From: Camelus dromedarius
Lineage: Eukaryota
Length of the DNA stretch: 64,000 nt
NCBI RefSeq assembly: GCF_036321535.1
Contig: NC_087438.1
Location: 808,001 to 872,000, forward strand
Reading direction: 5' to 3'
A program made the position numbers and the translations under genes. Positions within the stretch are counted from its first letter, which is position 1, and the number at the start of each line of letters is the position of its first letter. This document shows, one piece after another, positions 50,441 to 61,628 of the stretch. The notes under the pieces are model-generated. The model had not been told where the DNA came from. It was given only the letters and a program-made list of their open reading frames with translations, and did no database searches.

Positions 50441-50774
50441 GTCCTGGCGCCCCCAGGTGGCAGCTACAACTAACAAACTGGGACAGTTACTGAGCTGAGC
50501 CCGGCCTCTGGAACTTCTGTGTGATAAGGTAACGCGCTCTTATCAGAATCTGAAGAAGCATTTCAGCACATTACAGCCGAGGGCACTTGTGTGCTAGTAA
50601 GAAAGACCACAACGGTATTACAGAAGTCACAACAGAGAACAGGGATGCAAGGCCAGGCGCCGACTTCACGTGGGCGGATGTGACCTGTGTGGGTGCGTGC
50701 TGTCCTGTGCTGTGACCTGCACCGGCCAGAAGTGGGGGTTCCCTCCCAGCAGGATGGGGGCTCGCGCTCTGGGG

Positions 50775-51056
50775 CGGGGCTTACCCACTCCCAGTGGGGG
50801 AGGAGCTCCCTCCCTCCCAGTGGGGGGCGGGGGGCTCACTCACTCCCAGGGGGGAGCAGGGGGCTCACTCACTCCCAGCAGGGGGGGCGGGGGGCTCACT
50901 CACTCCCAGTGGAGGGGGGGCTCACTCACTCCCGGGGGGGCAGGGGGGCTCACTCACTCCCAGTGGGGGGGGGCAGGGGGGCTCACTCACTCCCAGTGAG
51001 GGGGTTGGGGGCTCACTCACTCCCAGCGGGGGTGGGCGGGGGGCTCACTCACTTCC
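50775..51056. repeat. About 30-bp minisatellite (8 good plus 2 degenerate units) overlapping the LPCAT1 exon-3 donor
   Basis: CTCACTCACT cores at 50835, 50864, 50895, 50921, 50949, 50982, 51012 and 51044, separated by G-runs. Confidence 0.95.
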
Positions 51057-51267
51057 CCATATCGGGATGTCTCTGCTCTCTGCCTTCATCACGATGGAGG
51101 ACATTGTCATGGTGACGGGGATGGCATCGAAGTAGGAGGAGTGTGGTGCCAGGGTGAGGATGGCGGCCTCGGAGGGCAGTGCCTGCTGCCCCTTCACGGC
51201 CACGCGGTGGAAGCCGCCGGCGAACCACATGGTGCGCATGATGGCCCTGAGCAGAACGTCCACGACC
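51053..51267 (-). CDS. LPCAT1: LPCAT1 exon 3 (215 nt; catalytic HxxxxD motif I)
   Basis: (K)VVDVLLRAIMRTMWFAGGFHRVAVKGQQALPSEAAILTLAPHSSYFDAIPVTMTMSSIVMKAESRDIPIWG(T). Acceptor ctgttgcag, donor GAA|gtgagt. Confidence 0.98.
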
Positions 51268-52049
51268 CTGCAACAGAAGCGCCACGTCACAGCCAGGCTG
51301 GCAGCGGACGCACCCTGATCCCCACAGCCCGGCAGGGGCCACGCCGACCCGAGGAGAACTGGGCCAGGGCCCACCCATCCGGCGCGTGGTCCAGGCCAGC
51401 CGGACCCGCCGCCGCAGTCACCAAAGCGTCCCGAGCAGGGAAGGAGAGGAGCTGCGCGCTCTTCCCTCTGGCTGTTTAAACATGTCTGGGACGACTCTCT
51501 CAGTCAGTCAAGGAAACCAAAGCTGGCTCTGCCACGTGGCACCCACCGCAGCTTGGACACGGCAGGGACCCTGAGGCAAAGAGTGGGGCCCACGGCCAGA
51601 TCAGAGAGACGAGACTGTCAAGGGACTGATCAGCATTCTAAGCGTCTAAGTTTTCAATGGAAAATCATCATTAACACCTAAAACATGTTATCGGGACGTG
51701 GAGGGGCAGTCGGCCGGGGTCAGGAGCAGAGACCTGTGGGCGAAACTCCCCAACCTCAGTTCCCACGGGCGGCCTGACGTCCCCGGATGCAGGCGCGATG
51801 CTGTTTCCTGCCACGTGGCCCTGCGTGTGCAGCCATCTCGAGCCCCCTGTGGTTGGGGCCCATCCACAACAGGCCCAGAGCAGCCCGCTCTTGCCCAGGG
51901 TGATGCAGGCAATGGCAGAAAAGCCACCAACACGACGGAGAGCAGCCTGTGGGGGCCAAGAGGAGGGCGGCAGGGCTGGCCTCCACCACCTGGCCTTCCT
52001 GCGTCATTCTGGCAGAAGTGAGAGCGCGCACCCTGTCCCCAGTGAGCGC

Positions 52050-52830
52050 CCACAACCAGCCCTGCCCAGCTGAGGTTTGTCACCCTCTAGTGAGGGAAGG
52101 AAGAATTTTTAAAAATTAGTGAATTATGGACACTGAGTTAAAAAGAGACATTGTCCGTGAAAAGGTGAAACAGGAAGGAGAGAGAGGTGAGGAGGGTCAG
52201 AACAGAGAGGAGGCGGCTCAGGATGTAGCGGTGGGGCAGGGCTGAGGCTGCGCACGCTAGGTGGGGCTCATGCCACAGGGAGGACAGCCGTGCAAAGGCC
52301 CTGAGGCAGGGGCACCCTCAGTGGGGGACAGAGTGGGGAGGAGGACAGTGGGAGGGGCAGCACGTCTTGGGGGCCTGGTGGGTGCTGAAAGGCACTGGGG
52401 ACGCGGATGTGGGCGCCCCTGCAGGGCTGAGCATGGAGGGGAGCTGTGCCCCGAAGCAGGTGTGCAGGAAGCAGGAGGGCAGGTGGCAGGCTGTTCCGGG
52501 AACTCAGGTGAGTGACAATGGGGGGCAGGCTGAGTGGAGGGGTCAAGGGCCTTCTGAGGGCAGTACAGGTGGGAGGCGTGAGGTGGGGGGTCCCAGTGAG
52601 GAGGGTGGAGGAGTGGCTGTAGCTACAACAGGTGGGGACATGGGAGCCAGCTGTCCAGTTCAGATGCGTTGAGCTGAGGTCACCCACAGACAGACAAGCT
52701 TGGCGTTTGGCGGGAGGAGAGCTGTTGGCTCATGGATGGTGGTCAGTGTCCCAGACCTGGATGAGCTCACCAGGAGAGCACAGGATACACGAAGTAGGGG
52801 CCGGGGGGAGGGAGAAGCAGTGATGGGGAG
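52050..52830 (-). mobile_element. Degraded LINE-2 3' fragment
   Basis: Purine-rich strand with ccctgccc..ctctagtgaggga, tgcaaaggccctgaggcaggg and ctggatgagctcaccaggagag, typical of reverse-complement L2. Confidence 0.6.
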
Positions 52831-53394
52831 AGGTCCAGGTGGGGGGAGCCCCCGACACCTCGCCTGGGGCATGACTGTGGAGGCCTGGGCCCCCGACCAG
52901 GCGGGTGTGTGAGCCATGCAGCCCGGGCCCGGCCCACCTGGGACTTTAAGACACAGCAGAGAACACAGACCTGCACGTTTCAAATGGTTTTGCTCCGAAA
53001 GGGCGCTCACAGATGGGGCAGGAGCTGGCACTGGGAGGGGTGTGGGCTGGCCTGTGTGCTGGTGGGACCCCCAACCACCGACATCGGAGAGGGGCCTGAG
53101 CCTGTCCTGGAGCAGCGAGGAGCCCAGTGCTCAGTGCCGGGACAGGCCGGCCATTAGCAGGGGTGGTCCTGGCTGCAGGCAGGAGGTGATGCTGCGCTGC
53201 GGGGCTTCCCAGGGGCAGTTCCAAGCTGAGACACCGGGGAGTGGGGGGTGGGGAGGGCATCCCAGGAGAGCAGAGGAAAGCAAAAAGCAAGTCCAAGTTC
53301 GGGCTGCAGCCTCCTGTGTCCACACGGCATCCCAGAGCGCTAAGGAGACAGACTCAGATCTGGGGGTGGGAGCCCCACACAGCCACTCGGGCAA

Positions 53395-53670
53395 GCGTCC
53401 CCCCAGGTTCCTATGTTGAAGCCCTAAGCCCCCACCCCCCGCCGTGTGACTGGATTTGGTAAAAAGGTCCAGTGAGGTCCTGGGGAGGGGCTCTGGTCCA
53501 ACAGGACTGCTGCCCTTATAAAAGAGAGAGAGGATGAATAAGAAGGTGGGTCTGCAGCCGGGAGGAGGTGTCACCAGGAGCCGGGTCTGCCGGCACCTTG
53601 ATCTCTGACTTCTAGCCTCTAAAACCCTGAGAAATGAATCCCTGCGGTTTGAGCCCTCCACCTGCGGGAC
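53395..53670 (+). mobile_element. MaLR solo LTR (MLT1A-like) in LPCAT1 intron 2
   Basis: cctatgttgaagccctaa..aggactgctgcccttataaaagag..ctgccggcaccttgatctctgacttctagcctctaaaaccctgagaaatgaat. Confidence 0.82.
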
Positions 53671-54284
53671 GTGGACGTCACACCGTCCTCCCAGACCGCG
53701 AGCTGGCCGAGGGCAGTGCCCACGGGAGCAGCCTGCCTGGCTCAGGGGTCAGCCTGCTGGCCGGGTTTTGTAAGAAGATGCTGCGGTTTTTACAACACTT
53801 TGTGTTTTGAAACATACAGCAAGTGTCTTTTATGAAATTGTGTCATTCCTCCTCTCACTGAAAACCTAAGATATATTTTTGGAAAGTCTGAATGACACTC
53901 TAACATTCAGCAAAAAGTCTCCCCACTGCAGCATCGATCTACTCAAAACCACAGCGCTGTGCACAGTGCGAAATAAGGCGCCCCCCAGCTGCCTGCACGG
54001 TGTGTGTGCACGGTGCCTCCTAGTGCATGTGTCCCACTCCCCGGACCCTGTTATTTCAAGCCAGTCTCCTCCCAGCCCCCCAGGGCTCAAGCCCAGCCGC
54101 TGCTGTCTCCATGTCTCCTCTGAGGAGCTCAGTGCCTGGTGTCTGTTCTCATCTCCCCGGAGACCCGGCCCAGCCCAGGGCCGCGCACTGAGCTCTCGAT
54201 AAACACTGCTGCGTGGACACCCCAAGGGCTGCGCCAGGCGGGGGGGACTCAGCGTGCGCGACGTATGCAGCTGGGGTCCACACC

Positions 54285-54775
54285 AGGACACGTGCACACA
54301 CATGTGCATACACACATGCTTACATGCACACGTACACAGGCACACAGACACAAATACGTGCACACATACATACACACAGACATGCACATACACTCGAATG
54401 CATATATGCACACACACATACTCAAACCCATGTGCACAGACACATGCACCTGTGCACACACAGAAAGATGCAGTCAGCCTCCACGGACCCGAACAGCCAG
54501 AGTTCCCAAGAAACTTAAAAAGCCCCGCATCTCCCTGCGCAGGGCCCGCCAGGTGTGCACGTCACACACACGTCATGCGTGCATGTCACACACACACACA
54601 TGGGCACAACACACACATGCTCACGGGCATGTCAAGCACACACCATGTGTGCACACCACACACGGGCACATCACACATGTCATGCGTGCACATCACACGT
54701 GCACGCGGGCATGTCACATGTGTACACCACACACTCACACACATGCACCTCACATACACACGCACACAGGCACCT
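54285..54775. repeat. Two degenerate CA/CATG simple-repeat blocks (about 54285-54462 and 54555-54775)
   Basis: cacacatgtgcatacacacatgc and similar alternating purine-pyrimidine tracts. Confidence 0.85.
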
Positions 54776-56411
54776 GTGAAGTGGGCTGCAGCAACCCAAC
54801 AGCTTGGCCGCTTAATTGCCCGATGAGACCGAGCACATTATTATCACAGACAGGAAAAGCCACGGGAGCCAGCAGGCGACGTGGAAATTGCCCTTCTCAT
54901 CTGTTTTGAAAAGACAGACCCTGCGGTGTGAGGACCCCCCTCTGCGGGGGCACAGGAGGGCAGGAGCCCAGCCCAAGAGCAGAGCAGAGGGAACGGGGAG
55001 TCAGGTCACCTGTGAGTTGTCACAACCACAAAGTCTCGGCTTTCAAGCCATGGGTTCTCAACCCAGTGAAACTGAAATTCTGATTCTTATTTGGTCTAGA
55101 TTTATTTTGTTTGATTATATATTTGATACGAAAATCATATTTTAGTTAAAACATACAAGAAACACCTCGAGGTAAAGCATGATTTCCAAAGAGCTTAGGA
55201 ACCCAGCCCCCTCCCTCCCCGTCCCTCTCTCTCTCACTCACTGATGCATTCATGCTTTTGGGAGAGAGCTTCCTGCCCCCAGGCCAGGCTCCGCGCTGGG
55301 GACACATGGGGAGACGGTCTCGGGGCCTTCGGGCTTCCGGGGAGGAGCAGAGACCGAGGTTCACTTGAAACTGGGGAAGGTCTGAGAACATGAGGCACAT
55401 CGGGACGGTGAGAGGCCCCAGGCTGCGCCCTGCTCAGTGATGGCTCAGCAAACCCCTGAACCTTAACCGGCCGTCTTCAGCCTGCACGTGGCTGACCATG
55501 GCCCGCGGGCGGCGGAGAACCAACATCCCACAGAGATGCCATTTCCACAGCCTCTCAGGGGCACCAACATTCCTGCAGCTCAGACACTGGAGAGGAAGGA
55601 GGGCCAAGCTGGTCCCTGTACCGTGAAGGGCCGGGGCCAGGAGCTCAGGCTTTGCTGGCCCGAGGGCTCGGCCACACAGCCCGCGATGGGGGCGGGGGCT
55701 GCGTCCCCATCAGGCTCCACTTGAAAACACAGGTGGCAGCTGGCCTTGGCCTGCGGCCCTCCTGCCACACCCCCGCCCCCGCACGAATCTAACAACATTT
55801 CTGTTCCAAATAAACCCTTCGCCCCTGTGACTGACCAGAGACGTGGACGGGGGAGGCCACCAGCGCCTGGCCTTCGCAGGACAGGTGTCCTCCAAGACGC
55901 TCAAAGCACTCGCCGAAATCCTTACAGCTGCGCAACCTTCCCTTTACTGAGGGCAGATACTACGAGTTAAAACCAGCGTTAGGTGTTCAAATACATGAGA
56001 AAGCGCTGTGACCTAATTTAGTATTTCGAGGTCCCTGTCGGGTCTGCAGTGAAGATGTGCCCACAGCCCGCCCCTCCGCAGGCAGCGGCTTATTCACGTT
56101 CTCTGTGTAAAAGAGGGCAATGCCTAGGTCTGTGAACCGGGGGGGACGTTGACCCTGCAGAGGCCAGGCCGGGGCCAGCGGGCGGGACAGACGTCGGCTG
56201 ACGCGCAGCCCTGGGCAGGATAACGCGGAGACACGGGGGACCTCTGCGCTCGGACATGCGGCTCGCAGAACCCTGGAAGGAGCCCCAGGCAGGACTGCGG
56301 CAGGGATGTGGCGGGGACCCTGGTGCTGGGTGGGGAAGATGGACTGGCCCACGGAGGGCTGGCTCTGTGACACCGGCCCTCGATCGGAGCCCCCACAGGC
56401 AGGCGACTTAC

Positions 56412-56554
56412 TTCCTCCACGAGGCCAGGGGCTGTTCCGGTTCCCTCTCAGCAGATCCCAGCGAGGCCACAAGCGCCAGGGGCCAGGCCAGCAGCATCAT
56501 GCAGGCGGCAAACAGCAGGCGGATGGGGAAGAGCGTCAGCGTCATGATGGTGAC
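56412..56554 (-). CDS. LPCAT1: LPCAT1 exon 2 (143 nt; membrane anchor); exon 1 lies beyond the right edge
   Basis: VTIMTLTLFPIRLLFAACMMLLAWPLALVASLGSAEREPEQPLASWR(K). Acceptor tgtctccccag, donor GAA|gtaagt. Confidence 0.96.
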
Positions 56555-57624
56555 CTGGGGAGACAGGCCGTGTCACTGCGGAAGCGGCGTCCTCTGGGCC
56601 CCCTGGGCTGGCCCGCCCTGCCCGGGCCGCTGACCTCCCTCCCGTGGACAGCAGGGTGGGGCCAGCTCTGGACATCCCACTCGGGGTCCCTGGCCACGCT
56701 GCTGCCCCACCGGCCCGCTGCCTCCTGCAGGCACCCTGGGGGGCAGCATGGGAAAGGGGGCTCTCTCTCCCAGTGGACAGCGCTTGCCCACTCCCGGCGC
56801 CCCCACCAGGCAGCCCCCTCTCCAGGCCCAGCACAGCCGCCCTGCTCCTCTGAGCCCCCCCGTAGTGCCCCCACCCCCACACACAGGAGGGGGCTTTCAG
56901 AGCACTGAGTGGCCATCTGTGAAGCGTCGAAGTAGCAGGTACAGCGTCGGCAAGAGTGAACCGTGGACAAGGGAGACTGGGGGTTCAGGGACTTTCCAGC
57001 CACAGGACAGGACAGGAGCCCAGCAGAGAGGGAGGTATTGAAGGCCAAAGGTCTGGTCAGGAGGACGGGGGTTGGGGGTGATGCACTGGGGATCAGTGGG
57101 GAGGGGCAGGTCCTGCAGGTTGCGGGGGAGGGAGCCACAAGTGCTGGGGGGTGGGGATGGACACACGGTTCAGCAGAGCGGCCGAGTCGGGGGAGGCCCG
57201 GGTGGACGGCAGCTATAACTCAGCTCATCGGTGCACAAAGTGACATCTGATTCCGCAGGGGGGCGGGGGGGCGCCGGGGTGGGGGCGGGGTGGGTGCTCC
57301 AGAACAACGTGTTTTGTGATGAACCCAATCTCAGGGGGTCAGCTAGAAATGGGGCAGCAGAGGGGTGACGAGATGTGAAACTCACTGAGCGCTGTGACCA
57401 GTAGACGCAGCTCTCCATTACTGCAAGGAAACACTCTCAGGACACGTAGGACTTGGTGCGGGGGAGACAGCAAAGACAGGGGAAGAGACCCAGGCCCACG
57501 GTGCCACATCGAGCTGCTCGAGGCCCCCGCCACCCCAGCTCACACTGCTGGCCTCTGCACCACAGGCCTGCACGCTGACCGCCCCCACGGGCCTGCGAGA
57601 TTCTCCAGGGTCCCCAGCGAGGCC

Positions 57625-57920
57625 AGCATGGCCCAACAGGAGCCCGACTCAGGCCACACGTGCAATTGCACATTTTCCAGCAGCCAAATTAAAACCCATA
57701 GAGGTGATGAAACGAACTCAACGTGCGTTTAACTCAGCACACCCGAAGCAGCATCCTTTCGGCACGTTCCCGGCACAGAAGTGCCGATGAGCCATTTCAC
57801 GCTTCCCTCGTAAAGCCCAGGAAATCCCGTGTGTCTTCATCCCTCACACACGCCCACATTTTGAATCCCCAGCAGCTGAGAGGGGGCCCTGGGCCCGGGT
57901 CTCCACGTGTTGCAACAACG
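57625..57920. mobile_element. MER33-like hAT/Charlie DNA-transposon relic, strongly GC-shifted
   Basis: gccacacgtgcaattgcacattttccagcagccaaattaaaa..gtttaactcagcacacccgaa..gatgagccatttcac..aaatcccgtgtgtcttcat..cccacattttgaa is collinear with the MER33 consensus as recalled. Confidence 0.6.
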
Positions 57921-60900
57921 GTGATTTTTAACCTCCCTCCTCTCTGAGGGCCGGCTGTCACCCTGGCTGAACCTGCAGTTTGAACACGGGGTGGAACAGG
58001 ATGGTGACACCAGATCTGTGTGGTGGACCTGGTGGCCACGTTTCCCGTTAAGTGGGGGGCTGCTCGAGGTTGTCAGAGGGCGTCCCTGCTGAGGGAACGC
58101 ACCCTCCACCCCTGGTTTCCTAAGGGTTTGGTTTTGCCTTCAGCACGAGCGGGGCCGAATGTTACCACGTCTTCCTGTGACCCGCGGGGCCATCACACGC
58201 TTGTCTCCACGGCAGTCTCGGCTTTCCTGGCGTTACGACCTTGGTTGCTGGGCTGGAAAGCCACCTGCTATGACGTCTCTTTTAAGGACTCGGGTCTGTT
58301 TGCCCGCACGCGTCGGGGACAGTGGGCCTGGCCGTCACCCATCCTCGGGTGGGCCCCGCGGTCACAAGGCCAGACGCCAACACACATCAGAGGAGGAGCT
58401 TCTACAGAGCAGCGTTCTGATGGCCGCTCTGATGTCTTCTGACTGTTTACCTAGATTTCCTATTTTTCCTGAGTCACTTCAGCATTTTCTCAGGGAGAAC
58501 ATTCTCTCCGGGTGTCCCCAGCCGGCGTCTCCTCCCCACCCGGCTTCCTGACGCGCGTGTTTGCAGGATGACTGCCTGGAGCCGCTCCCGTGAAGTCGCG
58601 TCAACCCTGCCCTGACCCAGGGTGTCGCTGCAACACCGCTGCGCCTGCACTGCGGACGCGCTCCTCCTTTGTTCCTCCGTTTAGGGGACCGCGTCTGGAC
58701 CCTCTCCTTGTCCCGCTGCGCCCTCCGCAGGCATCTGAATCGCGGCTCTTACAAGCACCTCTCTCGTCTGCTCTGCGTTCACTCTGGGGGTCTTTTTGAC
58801 TTCTTGAGGGGAGAGCCTAGAGCATGACTTGCAGAAATATCTTATTTACCAAGACTCACATTGAGAAAACAGCTTTCTCGGAGTAACATTCTAATCCGAC
58901 TCCACAAGCTTCAAACGTCGCCTTCCCTTCATTTTAAAATGCAGGTTAAGCATCACCTCCTGCTCCTTCCTTCCCTGTCACTTCGCAGTTCTGCTCGGAG
59001 GGAAAAGAGGTGCCGTCTGCAGACACTCCACCCCGCTGGGCCCCGCTTCTCGGGCTCCCGGCTCCGGGGAGGCTGTGCTGGAAACCCACACACCTGCGAC
59101 CCCGCACACCTGCTCAGCGTTTCAACCCACTGCTGCCGGCTCGTCCAAGTTCAGAGCAGTTCCGTCACCGGAGAGTTTCCTGCATGTTCCCATAAGCAGA
59201 CCCTGAAGCCGAGCCTGTGCCACAGACAAAATGAACGTGCGGCGAAGCAATGGCCCAGGCTCCCGGTGCCCACCACGCCCAGATCGCTCCCGAATGCTAG
59301 CGGACCACCCCCTACCCTGCAGCCACATTCCATGACCAGGATGGCTGCCACCACAAATGACGGCATAGAACAGGTGGTCCCAGGGGTTCCTGAGGCAGGA
59401 CCCTGCTTCCAGAGCCCCACCCCAGGCCTCTGAGAACCGAGACTGTAGAGGGGCTCCTGGGGGCCCCGGGGAGGCAGCGCCCCACTCGGTCCCGACCAAC
59501 AGGGAGGTGATGGCGAGTCTGGGGTGGGTGACCAGAGTCGGGGCAAGTACACTGCTCAATCTGCTGGTCCCACAGGCTGGTCAGCAGGTGGGGTGCACTA
59601 GGCCACTGCATGTGGGACATCATGTGTGACCCCATGTGCACCCCGGGGGATGCATTCCTGCTCCCGCTTGGTGTGCATCGGGGGAGAACACAGTCCTCGG
59701 TTCTGAGTTCCGCAGCAGGCAGGGAGAGGACGTGTGAGTGACCACAGAGCCTCTGACCCTCAGCAGACAGGCCCCCATGAGACGAGGAGGGCGTCGGTGG
59801 AGGCAGAACGTGGTCGGAGCCACTCGCCCGTCGGTCGGCCCTGCTGGCATGGAGGAGGGGGTGGGAGGCAGCGGTCCCAGCGCACGTGCCCTGAGGGCAG
59901 TGGAAGCTGCTTGGAGGGCCTGCACCTTCGGGAACCCACAGGCTGCCGGAGGGACTGGCTTCCTGAAATGCTTCCTGAGACGCTGCCCACAGCCTCGGTC
60001 CTGCACATCAGCATGAGCCTGGTCCCCTCGAAAGTGCCAGGTCAAACACAGGGAGGTCCCCGAGCCACACGAGGGTTTGTGACGCAATCCTACGGGCAGC
60101 GGCATCCAGAGTCTCTGCTGAGCTGCTCAGTTTAAACTGTTAGGGGGTTGGCTGCGAACACTGCCCCGTCAGAGGGTTTGACACAAGTCACCAGGACATG
60201 CATGTCCTCAGCGCATCCGAGTTGTCGGGCAGCCAGTTAAACCAGGTCTGAGGGTGCACAGCCACCCTCCCCGGGCATGTTTCGTTACGGGTCCCCAGCA
60301 GAGCTGTCCAGGCTCGGGTCAGCATTTCCTGCCAAAGGGACCCAAGGCTCCGAGTGAAGTGGCTCCAGGTCCAGGTCGGGGTAAAAGTGTAGGAGGTGAC
60401 CCTGGAACACTGGGACAGCCAAGGTCCCCGGACTCAGGCCCCCACGCAGAGGGGGCGATTGGAACACGGACAAGAACAGTCCACGCGTGACGTGACCTTC
60501 ACACTGCACACCACCGCGACCCCATGGCGGGCACATGCACACATCCACACACGCGCTCACAGGCACATGCCCCAGCCTCACCGGCCGCCTTTGGATGGCC
60601 CTAGGAAACTGGCCGAGAGCACAACAGGCTTCATGCTGTCTGTCCCTCGGGGCAGCCAAGGGGTGGAGGGGCTGTGTCCGTAGACCTGCCCACGAGGGGC
60701 TGGCACAGGCTTCCAGAACCCGCCCTCCAGGCACACTCAGATGACAGAAGGTCCTGCCCAGATGCAGATCAGCAGGCCTGCATGGCCGTGCGTGTGGGGG
60801 CCACGGAACACCCAACAGAAACGGCATCTCTCCAGTTCTAGACCAAGCCACCAGCTTCCAGAAAGCACCGAAGCCTGGGACACAGTCAGCAGAAGGCAGA

Positions 60901-61250
60901 CTGGGAGACACAGACGCCCCACACGCACCGCAAGGAAAACAGCCAAGACAGAGCTAGAAGGGGGCCCTCTGATCAGGATGTGCCTGGGGCACCTGCTCGC
61001 TGACCCGCCCCACAATGGACACCTTGAAGCGGGCAGCTGGCACCTTCAGGGCTGATGATGGCCAGCGCGGGGTGGCCACTGCCTCCCGCGTGAGATGCAG
61101 GTGCAACGGGATGCTGTGGGTGAGATGCTGAGGTCTGGGCTTGGCTTCCGAATCACTGGTTCGGGGGTTGTCGGGGGCCCAGAGGGGCCCGAAGTGGGTG
61201 ACTGCTGAAGCCGGGGGGTGGGGGGCTCGTTACACTTTTCTCTGCTTTGG

Positions 61251-61628
61251 TGTTAGGGGCTGAACTGTGTCCCCCAAACTCGTATGTTCAAGTCCTGACC
61301 CCCAGCACCTCAGAATGTGACTATTTTGGGAGGTGGGGTCTTCAAAGAAGAGATTAAGGTAAATGAGGCGAGTAGGGTGGCCCTAATCCCATGTGACTGG
61401 GGTCCCTCTGAGAAGCGATCAGTACACAGCCACGCACGGAGGGATGGCCGTGTGGGGGTACGGGGAGGAGACGGGGTCTGCCCGCCAGGAGAGGAGCCTC
61501 GGGAGGAAGCGGCCCCGTGACGCCCGGGTCTCCGCCTCCAGCCTCGAGGACCGGGAGAAAGCAGCTCTGTGAGGCCGCTCCCCGGCCCCGGCTGCGGGGC
61601 CTCCTCACGGCCGCCGAGCGAACGCGTT
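61251..61628 (+). mobile_element. MaLR solo LTR (MLT1B-like) in LPCAT1 intron 1
   Basis: tgttaggggctgaactgtgtcccccaaactcgtatgttcaagtcctgacccccagcacctcagaatgtgactatttt..agggtggccctaatcccatgtgactgggg. Confidence 0.88.

Noticed and set aside
53866..54909. His/Thr/Cys/Val-rich ORFs (also 11313-12128)
   Set aside because: Translations of CA/TG simple repeats.
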